Shown piece by piece: positions 36,591 through 49,559 of a DNA stretch of 64,000 nt (positions are counted from its first letter, which is position 1; every line of letters starts with the position of its first letter). Below the pieces are notes generated by a model. The model was not told where the DNA came from. It ran no database searches and was given only the letters and a program-made list of their open reading frames with translations. The translations under genes were made by a program, and so were the position numbers. Source of the stretch: Camelus ferus (lineage: Eukaryota); assembly GCF_009834535.1 (NCBI RefSeq), contig NC_045697.1:31684001-31748000 (forward strand), given 5' to 3'.

Positions 36591-38069
36591 TGACACCATG
36601 ATGCTGACATCACTCTCCTCAAGAAGTATTTTTTAATATTATTACTATGAATCAGATCCATTCTAGTTATAGGAATGCAGCAATAAATAATAGGGGAAGA
36701 TCTCCTATGAAACTTAATTTCTCCTGAGATTTTTACAATTAACACATTTAAAAATAAATAAACCAGATAATATCAAGTTAATACAAAAAAACAAGTTAAC
36801 AAGTTAATGGATTTTGACCCAGATGGGCTATGGAATGGAGGTGCCCATTTACCTAGATTGTTTGGGAAAAATTCTTCAAGAAAAAGGACGTGTAATATGA
36901 GACCTGAATAATATAAGAAAGCAATCATGTGATGATCTTGCGAAGAAGAGTAGAAGAAAGATTCCACGAGTTTGAGTAAAAAGATATGCTTGATTTGCGT
37001 TGACTTCATAGTAATCATTAAAGGAATGAATTATTTCTGCCTATTCTTGGTTCCCTACTCTAGAATATTCTGATTGCATAAATCTGAAGAAGCAGAAGCA
37101 TTTATATTTCATTTCCACCTCCTAATTTTTTTTGTTGTTGTTGATTTGCAGAGATAATACAGAGAGGTCATTAGAAATGGAGCTTTATTTTTAATACAAC
37201 TAAGGTAGATCAATTAGGCAATTAGGAGGGAAAATGATGGAAAGATTAAAAAGTCATACCACCTTCAGATATCTACCTCTATAAAACAGAAACAATTAGA
37301 GTCAATCATAGACAGAGCTGGCTTTTTAATTCCTTCCAAAATAAATACTGCAGTTCTACAACTTTCCACATGCACCTGAGTACATAAAATATTTAGAAAA
37401 TCCTATCTCAGCAAATTTGGAAAGTGCAGTCAATCTTAACTATCTTCCTCTACTTACAAATTTAGAGTGCTTTTGAGAGACAGGGAAAAAGCTATAACTA
37501 TTATTCTAGATCAAGCCAGGACCATTAAAATGCCTGTCACCTTTACGATAAAAACAAAGATGAGCACAAACTGCTTATAGAGCTGAGAAAGTATCGGTAA
37601 GCAAATTGACAGTATATTTAGATATCTGATGTTTCAAAGGCCAGAAGTTTTCCAAGGAAAAGCGTAAATACCTGTTTTCATTAACGGAACCAAGCACACT
37701 TACCTTAAATCCTTTCTGTCAAAATATGACTGCCACCTAATAAAACAAACACAGCGAAGCAAATTTTATCAATATCTTCTTGAGAAAGTATGTTAATTAG
37801 TTCATTTATTAAGCCTGATATGACTGGTATTTCCATTTCATATTCCTTCTCCTGATTTGTACCTATGTTCCATCACATATATAAATATAACTAGAAGTTA
37901 CCACATGGATGGGGTACCTGATGGATCTATCATAGGCATTCAAAGCCAGATGAGACAAAGGCTGCCTGGTGAAAGAAATAAGTGTTATACATGAAATTGA
38001 AAGCTAACTTCTACTTCTGACACTTTCAACAAGTTAATTGTCAAGATGTCCCAGAATATGAAAATTAAT

Positions 38070-38158
38070 ATATGTATGTATATGCATGACTGGGACATTG
38101 TACTGTACACCAGAAATTGACACATTGTAACTGACTATACTTCAATTAAAAAAAAAAA
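38070..38158 (+). mobile_element. Short L1 3' terminal stub (artiodactyl type)
   Basis: atatgcatgactgggacattgtactgtacaccagaaattgacacattgtaactgactatacttcaatt + A11. Confidence 0.85.
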
Positions 38159-38392
38159 TCTCAAGTGTAATATATATTTTGTGCCTGGTGAGTATTATGA
38201 TGTCAAGAGCCCAGGAGCTGCTTGGCTAAGAGGAGTCAAGAGTTGCTGATAGCAAGAATGTGAAGAGCATGCCTTTGGAGTAAATTCAAAAGCCAGAATC
38301 TATGAACCATTTGTCCAGCACTCTCTGGTCTAAGATCTCAGATCTCAGTCCCTCTCCATGAAAATGCTACACTTTAAAAAGGCCACTCAAGC

Positions 38393-38581
38393 AGGGAGGG
38401 TGTAGCTCAGTGGTAGAGCTCATGCTTAGCATGCACGGAGTCCTGGGTTCAATCCCCAGTACCACCATTAAAAAAATAAATAAACCTAATCCCTTTCTCC
38501 ATAAAAAAAACAAAAAACAAAAAACAAAAAACTGTCAAGAAAAAGAATAGCAAAAGTGATTTAAAAAATGTAATAAATAAG
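38393..38581 (+). mobile_element. tRNA-Ala-derived SINE (camelid vic-1 type) with perfect 14-bp TSD
   Basis: gggagggtgtagctcagtggtagagctcatgcttagcatgcacggagtcctgggttcaatccccagtacc. TSD aaggccactcaagc at 38379..38392 and 38582..38595. Confidence 0.96.
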
Positions 38582-38664
38582 AAGGCCACTCAAGCTAGAA
38601 AGGCAGTTACAATGATGCAAAATATAAAAATCTGAAATAAAATAATCAAGTTTAGTGTCCTGAA

Positions 38665-39068
38665 TAGGATCACAGACGCATGTGACCTTCACAGGAACCC
38701 ATGCTCCGGAGGCCCCAAACCTGGGAGTTCATGCTGTGCAGTAGCTGTCTTGAAATTCTTAACTTTATTTTTGAATCTGTGTTTTGTAAGTGAAGTCTGA
38801 TGGGACCATGGAGGACTTCCAGCCTTGGCTCACACGCGATCTGCCTCCACGCCCATCCCACCTCCTTGCTTCCCCTGAGTGGGTTCTCTGCCACTTGCCC
38901 CCACACAGTATCTGCCATAACTCTCTGCCCATGGTCGGGGAGGAGAGGTGGGGTGTCTAGGTACATGACCCACCCCATACTGTTACAGGACAGGGGGTAG
39001 GACTTTCAGGGTCTGCTGCCCTCTTCCCAGGAAATCCCCATGCCCTAAAGAACATGACATCAAATTGC

Positions 39069-39099
<31 letters not shown>

Positions 39100-39238
39100 C
39101 AACACCATGACAGCTGGAAAGGTAACCTGTGGAAGAAATGAAGTCTTTTTTCCCCTGAGTTTTGAATACTTTTTGAATAAGGGGCCACCCATTTTCACTT
39201 TACAATGGGCCTCTCAAATTCCTATGCAGCAAGCCCAG
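38665..39238 (+). mobile_element. MER115/Zaphod-type hAT-Tip100 element
   Basis: gtcttgaaattcttaa...tgtgttttgtaagtgaagtctgatgggac...ggctcacacgcg...ttttgaataaggggcc...cattttcactttacaatgggcc. Confidence 0.85.
39068..39099. repeat. (CAA)10 microsatellite inside MER115
   Basis: Direct observation. It explains the poly-Cys in ORF 38983..39198(-). Confidence 0.95.
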
Positions 39239-39330
39239 ATCTGATCCATCGCTTTACTAGCTGTGTGATCCTTGGCAAATCACTTCCTTGCTCTAAGTTT
39301 GCTTCTTCAGCTGTCAACTGTAGGTTATGT
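39238..39330 (+). mobile_element. MIR core fragment
   Basis: tttactagctgtgtgatccttggcaaatcactt...ctaagtttgcttcttcagctgt. Confidence 0.75.
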
Positions 39331-42189
39331 TTTCTGTTACACAATGTTACCAACTCCAAGTGCCATCATTTTCATAGGAACACACAGCATCAGGAGGAAA
39401 CAATGACTTGCCTTTGAGTTCATTCGTTGTGGTTCTAACAACCTTAAGCATACAAGTCTACAGATTGGACAAATCTGTAGATCATCCACTGGAACGACCA
39501 ATTCGAGACACCTCACTGCCAAATCAGAGGAGAAGATACATTTTTTCAAAGAGCAGGTTAGAAATCGAAAACATTTTTCATGGAATTAATTTTATAAATC
39601 TTAGCCGGATTCTATAGTATTATTTAGCCCACTGTTGAACTATATAGTAGAGTAGATTATGCTGCCTGGCTTAGAAAAACTAATTGTCACTTTTAATATT
39701 ATAATGCCATTATTATCTTTTCACAGGAAAAAGCATTTTATTTTTCAATACACCCAAACATACCAAAATGAACTTTGATGATCTAGCCTTTTTGTATGCT
39801 GGAGGCGGACTGACAGCAGTGCATCTTGAAGAGATTTCCGTCGTGGCTGTTAGGGATGTACAAATTAAACAGTTCCTGCTGCACCCCTCTAGGTCTTTTC
39901 TGTCCCACATTTCTAATTAAAAATTCACGACCTAGGAGGAGAGGTAGAGCTAGGATACCTGGAAGTCATGTACCACGTCTTATTTCTTTTCCCTTCAGCC
40001 ATTTGTCCCTGTGTGTTTTTGTTCACCGTCTCCATATTGTCGCCAGTTGAAATTTAAATGCACCAGTGAGATGTCAATTTCCAATTTAATGATGAAAAGG
40101 GGACTAAAAATTCATATGAAAATATTCTAGGACTGTTGGCAGTTTTCTATCCATCCGTATTCCTGAGAAATACAGTACTTTAAATACTTAATACTCAGGA
40201 AATATTTAGCTCCGGATACAGAAAGATTATCTTCTTACACAGGGTCAAAAGTAAGTACATATTGGAATCATGTTTCTAAAGCCTAATTTCACCATGAAGC
40301 CAGAGTTATTAGAAGCACATCTTCCCTGCAAGGAGAATTTAAAATTTATCAACATACCAGATAATGGACTTTGTGGCACAGCTGCAACAAATACATAACT
40401 TAGTATTTGGGCTTATTCTGATTGCCCTACACACATCAATTACCTTCACTCCCAGACTGTGGATTAGGATGACAGGCAGTGATTAAATTTAGGTCTGTAG
40501 TCACTGTTCCACTTTCTAATCACATGGGGTATTACAGACATGTCAAGTATATTGGGAAAATTAGAAACACGTCTGACTGGGTAAGAATATTCTAAATTAA
40601 ATGTTTAAAAAACTTACTGAAGATGATATAATTTTAACAGCGAAAGGGAAATTTTGCAGTTTTTTTTTTTACTTTTGTCCTAACATCATTATACACAGCA
40701 AAAATTATTTTTAAATATCGAAGAAAGCTAACAAGGAGTTTATGGTTGAAATAAGGAGATTTGAACACTATTTACAGATAAAGAGAGACTCCAAAGGGCT
40801 TCCAGGATTTTACTCTGAGAATATGAATTAAGGAGAGGTGTATATTTCACTGGGCTAAAACTAGATCCCATTTCTCAAATAGGGCTGGCTGGTTAAATCT
40901 GTGTGACACTGATTTGATCTCCTCAGTCCTTTTATGAACTTTTCTCTAGTCACATATTTCCATATTCAAAACTCACTGTAAATCTTATGTTGAGAATGAC
41001 ATAAATCAGATCACTCAGTTTCCTAATCACTAAAGCTCTAATTTTTTTAACTCCATCTCTTTCTCTAAAAATTTTGTAACATTAATGATAACACAAGTTT
41101 GTCACAGATTTGTTGAATTTTGCCTGATTCTACTTCCATTTTCTTTTTTCAGATGTTCTTAAGCTTTTTTAACCTGAATTTTTCCTCTACTTTTTATTTT
41201 CTCCCATTAAAAAGAAATCATTTAATGCTTTTTTTAATTTAGTCATATTTATGTTAAACTTCTTAAAATTAGTTCATATAAATACATGTCCTTAAAATAT
41301 AAATGTATGTATGGAATGACAAAAATATCATATTTTGGATATTTGAAGTCATATCAACACATCCATACTCATATTCTATTTCATCTCTTGTAGAATTAAT
41401 AAAAGTCTATATGGTGATAAAACATCAGTCTTTTCCTACAGCTACTTTTGACCAGATAGGAAGTAATACATAATGATTTATATAATACAAAATAAATGTT
41501 CTGAGACAAAGATGACCTTCTGAAATTATGTTATAAACTGACTTAATCTTAGAGCATTAAAATATATTGTTTGAATGGTTGTTAAATAGTTTTAAAATTT
41601 ATATGTATTGAGAGAGAGTACACTTTAAATAACATATATTAAGTGAATTTGCAGGTCTATTTACTCTCAATTTGGTTTAAGAAGTGTAATCTCTGGCACT
41701 AGCCTTTTTTTGTTCTTAAATGCAACCTATTAAATACCCATCAATTCTGTTTGCACTGGACAGCGTACACTGAAAGCTAAACTCATGGATTCTGTCTTCT
41801 GCAATTTTGCAGAACAAAAAATTTTGTATACCCTATTATTAATGTGTTTTAGAAGGATAAATCACACAAGTAATGGCAGTGCAGATACAAGAAAATGTCA
41901 ACGCAAAATCCCAAGTTAAAAATGAAATAAATAAATACCCTGTAGTAACTGTCGCCAGAAAGGCAATTTTGGTGACTATTTCCAGTTTTTTTGCTGTTTA
42001 GTTGTTTTGTGAAAGAAGTTCACCAGAGATAGGGGTGGTAGGATGTAGCTCAGGAAAGAATTATTGATGGGAATTCTAAGTGTGCTTTTAGGAAAAGAGA
42101 ATGAGAGTATTCAACTCTTCCTCTTGTCATAGGAGGAAGATACGGAGGCTAGCATATTGAAAATAGTCAGTGAGACTGTCCAGCACTCC

Positions 42190-42435
42190 CTCTTCCAGGG
42201 CACTGCTCCATCTGATGTGTATCTATATCCATATCCATACCCGTCTCTATGTATCTAGTCACTTAAACCTCACAGCTACTCCAAAAAGTCTTCAAATTAT
42301 TGCCGTTATAATTGCCATTGATAACGAGGCACAGAAAGGGTCAGTAACATGCCTAAATTTCTCTCCTGGTAAATGGAAAAGCTTGGATTTGATTCATGAT
42401 TCCAGGTCGGAATCTAGATTATTAACACTTGTTAT
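42190..42435 (-). mobile_element. MIR SINE
   Basis: cacttaaacctcacagc...gaggcacagaaagggtcagtaacatgccta...gtaaatggaaaagcttggatttga. Confidence 0.8.
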
Positions 42436-42468
42436 CTAGAGGATTATTAAGCCTCTCAAACACACTAC

Positions 42469-42469
<1 letters not shown>

Positions 42470-42539
<70 letters not shown>

Positions 42540-42545
42540 ACACAT
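42470..42545. repeat. Long interrupted (CA)n microsatellite
   Basis: About 75 bp of CA repeats with single CT and TA interruptions. Confidence 0.97.
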
Positions 42546-42786
42546 AATTTATGCATGTAAATTTATTTGAAAGTGTATGTGTTTGTGATTTCTTACCTTC
42601 CTTGTGGGCTTTATGACCTGTAGATTGATGATCACTTCTATGAAATAGATGCCCACTTGGCTGAGCTATCACTCAAATTAGTTAACTAGACAGTCTCTAT
42701 TCCTGTGTCTCCTGAGCTATGACCATCTGCTTTGTGAAATCTCACATAATTAGATGTTGGGAATTTCTGCTGCATAAAGATTAAGC

Positions 42787-43350
42787 ATATTAGTCAGGAG
42801 AGTGTTGATCACAGGTAACAGAAACTGAACGTAGTTTAGGGAGTGAAGAGAATCCAGTGCATTACAGAGGTGATGGGAGGGAAGACCAAATAACGTGAGA
42901 GGATGGCAGAGAAGCAACTGGGCTTGGAAATAACTAGAACCAAGGACTAGAACCTGCTCTCCCACAAACACTCTCTCTCTTGTTCTCTCTCTCCTTCTCT
43001 CTCCCTTCTTCCCTTTCTCTCTAAATTATGTCGGTTTTGTTTCTCCAGTTTCCCTACCTGGTGGGAAACATAGGTACAAACAGTTTGAGACCCTCCCATT
43101 CCAGGGTTTCTGCCATCAGTAGGCTGGCTCTTTTTCCTAGCTCCCAGTATTACTGTCCTAGAGCAGATCCGTAATTGTTTTTGATAACTATACAGCTCAG
43201 TCCCAGGCAGATGTGGTGAGAGAGTGGATTATATGAATATTTAGTGCTTTCCACTGGAGCAGCTGGGGTTAAAAACAAGGAGCAGCCCCCAAAGGAAGGA
43301 GGAGGAGGGAAGACAAGAGAAGGAGGGTAATGCTGATCAAACAGAAACTA
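42787..43350 (-). mobile_element. Old MaLR LTR (MLT1K/J-like)
   Basis: tattagtcagga...caggtaacagaaact...gggcttggaaataactagaaccaaggact...ctggtgggaaacatagg. Confidence 0.55.
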
Positions 43351-44279
43351 AATAAATGCAATAAAAATAATTCATGGGCTACCAAACAATAAATGGAAGG
43401 AAATTAGATGTATTTTTTTGCTTTTGTTTAAGAAGAACGGGACAGTGGAGTTTTTATGTTAATCAAGATAATAAATCACTATTATTATGAACCATTAACA
43501 ATTTAGTGATACCCTTTGTTAATTCCAGTTGATGGATTGGGTGGCCTAATTTTTAATAACTTCAGTCCACATTTATATCATGTATTAGCATTATGTAAGT
43601 AGTTCTAAGACTTATGAAGATTCATATTGCATGAAGAAAGTCACTGGTGGGCACAAGAGTGATAGCATTTCACCACTTGCCACAGAAATCTCTGCTCGTA
43701 GTTGGACAGTAGGTAAAGTTTGCCTTCCTGTGCCCCCTCCACCCATCCATGAGTACATATGTATATTATATATATGTGTCCAGTAGGTTGTGGATTTCCT
43801 AGACGAGGCCCTATCACATTCTGTCCAAGTTTTCATTTTCTTTCCATTTAATTGGTTAAGGATAACAAAAGATGTTCAAACCAAAATTTTCATTAAAATC
43901 AATTTGTAAATGAAACTTCTAATCACCTACACTCTTTCCAATAATAGCACATGTAATCTTACATGCTTATTCTGGAAATATATTCCTATATTTATTGCTT
44001 AAATAAGTATGCTTCTAATTAAGGATTTGGGGATGTGAGAGTCATTGTTTTACTTATTTATTGGTTGGTTTGTTTAAAGGCTTCTAATGCCTCTCAAATA
44101 TCTTAGAGGAACCTCGTAGACTCCCAATGCTGGGAGGATGACAAACTAGCACAGCATGCAAAGTCTATTGCCTAGCCTGACCCTGGAGACACAACAGAAG
44201 AAAATACGGCCCAGGGGAAGGGACCAAAGGAAAGTAGAGTGTTCTTAAATATATTTCCTTTGTCTAAAGATCAGGATAT

Positions 44280-45790
44280 TGATAATTTTAAGAAACATAC
44301 AAAATAATGTGAATATGACTATGTGTCTTAGTAAGTGTCAGATAATCACACACGCACAATTTAGTTTGACAGTATTATCTTTAAAACAGAAGAGTAAATT
44401 TTAATGTAACCAATGGAAGGAAAGATAGGACTAAAAAATTTTTAATGTAGTAAATAGAAATGAAATAAGATGGGAGAAGTATTCCAATGTAATGTATTTG
44501 TAATATATGTAAGTGGATTAAATACACTTATCAAAACAGAGAGATGCTCAGATTAAAAGAAAACCTTAAAAACAGATCCAGCAGTGTGTGCTATAAAAGA
44601 TACACAAAATGATGAAAAAGGAATGAAAATAGGGAGCAGAAAAAAAATATTCAAGCAATTATGAATCACAGGAAAAGTAAAACTTCCACATAATATCATG
44701 TAAAATTTAAGGCTAAGGTAAAATAAAGTAATAAAAATATTATATATTAGTAAAAAGACATAAAACTTTATCAAATGTAGTGATCATGATTATATGCTCA
44801 TAACAACAGAACTTCAAAAATAAACAAAGCAGCAACTTAGAGAACCACTGGGAGAAATAGATAAATCAACATTTGTATTTAGATTTTTAATACATTCCTC
44901 TAAGAAGCTGAAAGATCATGCAGAAAAAAATATTAAATAAAATTGTACTAGACTTAAACATCACAATTAATAAATTCACTGTATACATTCATATATTTTG
45001 TGTGTATGCATATATGTATATAAATGTTACATACATTTGATTAACAGAGAACTCCTGTACATGTGTAACATAAGCAAAAGTCAGTGATGATCTAGTCCAA
45101 AAAGAAATTTTATAAATGCTAAAACTGTAATAGAACAAAGACTCTGAATTCCAACCCTATGTAACAGAACTTAAAAATTTAAAAATAACGAAAAAATAAG
45201 TACATACTTTGCAAACTAATCAATTAACTTTTTATTGAATAGGAAATCAAAAGAAAAATTACAAAATATTCAGAAATGTAATAAAGTGAAAATACTCAAA
45301 TTAAATGTATGGGATACAGCTGATATAATCCTTAAAGGTATATTTGCAGCTTTAAATTTATTTATCAGGAAAAAAAAACTGAAAACAAATGAATATTCAA
45401 TTCAAGAAGACAGTGGGAGAGGAATAAAGAAAACCAGAAGAGTAAGAAAGAAAGGAAATAATAAATGTGAGCAGCAATTAATTACATATATTTTTAAAAG
45501 AGGATAAAAGGGAAAGATCTTTGGAAAAATCAATAACAGAAAATCTTCCAGGAAAGAATAAAAATAAGATAAGGGAATAAGAAAATAAAACAAATGAAAA
45601 TAAGAAAATAGTACAGATGATCAAGATTAAAAGAATTATGAAATGACATATTAATATTGTACATCAGTGAGTTTATTAACATAGGCCAGAGAAATGAACC
45701 ATTAGAATCACTGTAAAATGCCAAAATTGAAAAAGTGGGAATCTTGAACAGACCAGTGTTCTTAATAAATTCAAGTGACAGAAAAGCAGA
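44280..45790 (+). mobile_element. Ancient L1ME ORF2 5' (endonuclease) remnants
   Basis: atgtaagtggattaaatacacttatcaaaa, cagatccagcagtgtgtgctataaaagatacac, ggagaaatagataaatcaaca, tatgggatacagct...cttaaaggtatatttgcagctttaaat. Confidence 0.8.
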
Positions 45791-47179
45791 AAATAGCATG
45801 AAGTATGAATAGCATTCAATTATAAGGTTTGATACATATTTCAGAAAGTATGTTTTATAATATGTTTATACATAAAATGCATATTAAAGAGAGTATTATT
45901 GGGCAGAGAAAATAGGAGTAAAAAGATCCAGAAGAAGGAATAATCATGCAATGTAATAACACAGAACAGTGCAATACAAAGAGAAATACAGTAATAAAGC
46001 TTTTTTAGATAAACTGTTGATAACATTGTCTATTTCTCCTTCTTCCCCGTAAGACTTTTGTGGGCACCAGGCTTCCCTTACAGGGAAATGAGAGCTTGCC
46101 ACACATCACATTTTCCTCAAAAAGAGGTACTACAATGTTAGCTAGGTGTTTTTTCCCCACCTATTCATTATCTGTTTTGAAATTTACTCTATAAGTTTAG
46201 ATATAGTATATAAATATATCTGAATTTTAACATGTTATCTGGAATTACTCTGAAGGAAGCAAGTGTATCACAATTAAAGTGTATCTATCACTTGACTGGA
46301 AAGCAGGATAACACATGGTCCATCACAATGAAGCCACATGAAAAGAAACATAAATACGATTCCAAGTATCTTGAAGAAAAGTGGAAAATCACTACTGTTG
46401 ATTAATTAAAAAGGCAATCCTGGGACACTAACTAGGCAATTTTGCAACTAAAACATCACAGAAATTATTCATAAACTCTGATCTACACCCTCCCCGAAAT
46501 GTCCCCATTCATAATAACTGTTAAAATTTCACACAACCTTTTCTAATCCCGCAAGTCTCTTCACTCCCTTCTTCTGTCTAGTCCTGCAGCTCATCCTTCT
46601 GATCAATGTTCTAGTTCCCAGATCCAAGAGACTTCATTGCTTCCTGACTGAATGTAGCTTCCAATGATTGGCAGCACCGCCTCGCTCCAGGATAGTTTCA
46701 GGACCAGACATCTCCATGCTCTCTCTCCTCCCTTTTACTGATGGCATTAAAAAAAAATGATAAAACATTGACAGAGAATAATATTTTCAACTCTGCTATA
46801 TCAGTATGAAGATAAAACCTAGCTAACTAAAGATAGAAGATTTTACACACCCATTTACCTTCATCTGTTCCAAGAGCTCCACTAAAATCAAAGTGAATGG
46901 ATTTTTAAAGTCATAAACCCCCAAGACAAAGAGATCAAGAACATATAGCAACATTTTAGAGTCTAGAAACAAAAAAGGCTAGTTGATATAACTAAGAAAG
47001 TTGAATTCTAAGCCAGTTTGGGGAGAAATGAAAGAAAAAGAAAAGCAACATGATTCACAACTCAAAACTGGTAAAAGTTTCAGGATTCCAGAAGCCAGCT
47101 GCTTTTGAAAGTAGGAAGGAAGCCAGATCTAAAAATAGGTTAGACTAATATTTGCTTACTAGTTAAAGTCACATGCATC

Positions 47180-47823
47180 TGAGGTCTTGAGGCGGGAAGC
47201 CCCATAAAAAGACCGGTAGGACCCCCAAGCAGGGCCACTACCCTCCTGCCAGCACCATCCAGTTCCCTGGCCCAGAGGCTCTATCTCACTTTTTGCCTCT
47301 GAAAGGGCTTACTTACCCCTAAAATTCTATTAGTTCCCTGAGCTCACTTCTGACTGGTTATTTCCTTCACTCATTATTGGTTATTACTCTCACTTCTAAT
47401 TGGTCCACTTTCCTAACTTCTGATTGGTCCATTTGTAGTACTTCATTTGCATGGAGCTCATGCCTGATTGGTTATTTCTCTCACTCCTGATTGGTCCATT
47501 CCCCTCACTCCTGATTGGTTATTTCTCTCACTCCTGGTTGGTCTGTTTCTACAAAGATTGTTCCTAGTTGGTCAACTTCTGTTATATTTCATTTGCATAT
47601 GATGTTGCAAAGTGTAAACTGGCAGCCTATAAAAGCCAATGTAAACCTACAGACAGGGTCCAGAGCTTGTAGTGTTAACTCCTCTGGCCCCACTGGCGTA
47701 ATAAACCTGAGTTCTCCAACTCTTTGAGTGCTGCTTGTTCTCTTGCCGGGATCCAGGTTGCTGTCACAACTGAGCTGTAACACTGAGCTGTGATACTGAG
47801 CTGTAACACATTTTTCCACAACA
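47180..47823 (+). mobile_element. Solo ERV1-class LTR with tandem CCAAT-box enhancer (LTR12/ERV9-like architecture)
   Basis: TG...CA ends. 23-24 bp units ctcactcctgattgg(tt/tc)att at 47343..47575. TATAAAA at 47628, AATAAA at 47700, and ctgagctgt(aac/gat)a x3 in U5. Confidence 0.93.
47340..47640 (+). promoter_or_regulatory. LTR U3 promoter: 6 exact inverted CCAAT boxes, 2 octamers, TATA
   Basis: ATTGG at 47376, 47399, 47423, 47467, 47490 and 47514; ATTTGCAT at 47445 and 47591; TATAAAA at 47628. Activity is not demonstrated. Confidence 0.7.
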
Positions 47824-49559
47824 TTCTGAATAAGAGATAGGAAAAAAGCAAAGGGAGAAGCAGCTGGACCCCCAGATCTCATTCCCTTTCTGCAAAGCAA
47901 GGTAAAAAAATCTCAGTACTAGAGACAGCACAGTCAAGAACTGAAGATTGAAGTCTAATAGGATTTAATGAAAACTTAGCTATAGACCAAAGGCTGAGTC
48001 AGCCGCACACCCAACTACCCCCATCTACAATTGTCCTCAGATATTTAGCTTAAAAACTCCCTAAGCTGGCAGCCAAACTTACGTATATCCTCTAGGTGAG
48101 AGATAGGAAATAGCTGATCTAACTGCAGAGAGAGTGGAGGAGAATTCCTTGGTTGATTGTGATGAGAATTGAGGGTAAGTTCCATGCAGCATTCCTGGAG
48201 AACAACTAGTCCAAACTGGCACAGTTCAGGGCATTCCAGAGGGAAGACAGAACTGGTAGACTGTCTGAAGCTTATCATTGTATTGCATGAGAGGGAAGAT
48301 AGTTTGTAGATGAATTAGTGATAAAGATTTTAAAACTATACACACACAAAAAAAAAAAAAAAACAAGAAAAATAATACCAGGGCCAACAAGTTGTTAGAG
48401 GAAATAATTATGTTGTATTACATAGATAAACTCTTTCTAGCTTCAACATAGTAATATCTCTGTAAACAGTAAACCTTAATCTGATAAAATTATAACTTAA
48501 CTATACAAAAAGAACAGAAGTATGAGAGCTGCACTATTAGTGGTGAGCAGTGGTGGTAAAATCAGACTAAACTCTCCCCTGTCTTTCATGGTGGAAATCT
48601 GATAAATCCTGCAACTGGGAAGTCAAGACGTGAAGGGTGTTTAGTCCTACATGAGTTGAAAATGATTGCCTTTGGAAAGTATGGATGAGATAGGAAGGTT
48701 GAATTCTATTTTTATTTCTAATTTGAATAAACTTTACAGAACTATTTAATAATCATTTCTTTGCACTTATAACTTACATGTGAATAAAAGCTAACAAAAA
48801 TAGAGATAGTGATTAAAGAATAATATAAAAATGACTTTTTCTTCATTTTTCACATGTTCAAAGATCACAAGAAAATTCAGTTTTGATTTTCAACTATCAA
48901 CAAATATTTGATTACCGTAAAAAGCTTTGTGTGGGTAGTCCAAGTGAAAATGAAAATTGCCTTCTTGTATAAATCAAGTTCAGAATGGATTGAGGCAGTG
49001 AAACTGGAATTTACTTCTTACTCAGATATGTTCCCAAAATAAAATAATCGTGAATCACAGGAAAACTCACTGGGTCTAACTTTCCACTGGAATTGCAATA
49101 TACTCTTCTACTCCTGTGCTGTACAGAGAAATCCTCAGGACTTTTTGGATCCAAAACAAACCTAATATCCCAACTGATTCTTGCCCTAAGACCATCACTC
49201 TCCCTGGGTTTACTTCCTTTTACCAGGTTAGCTACAGACCTTTATGAACTTAGTTTCCCAGTATTCAGGGCCACAGTTATTTAAAATGTTAACTTTTCTG
49301 TCTTATATTGAAAAAAATGGAAATGATGAACAACTAAATTAATATTTATTTATTTTTGCTTTGCTAGTGACTTTAAAATTCATTAATAAAAGGTAAGGTC
49401 TCAGTGTTCCTATCTTAAAAACCTATGAAATTTCTTTCAACCTATTTTCTATGCTTCATTTTCTCCTAGAAAGTGTATTGACATGATTTTTGGATAATAT
49501 TTTAATGAAGAAGTCTTTTTTTAAGCTGAAAAATAAGGGTGCTGATTAGTAACAAGAAC

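Larger units (their letters stand above)
46800..48800 (+). mobile_element. Very old L1 remnants interrupted by the LTR at 47180
   Basis: Purine-rich degenerate L1-like sequence on both sides of the LTR, with a 3'UTR-like end (gttgaaaatgattgcctttggaaag...aactattt...tgaataaaa). Confidence 0.45.

Noticed and set aside
38393..38467. tRNA-Ala(AGC) gene (also at 22742 and 62752)
   Set aside because: The tRNA-like head is followed by a shared SINE body, an A-rich tail and TSDs, with no oligo-T terminator. These are SINEs.
38983..39198. Poly-cysteine small protein
   Set aside because: It is the antisense translation of a (CAA)n microsatellite in MER115.
47343..47575. CRISPR-like repeat array
   Set aside because: The units are contiguous tandem repeats without unique spacers, inside a mammalian LTR, and there are no cas genes.
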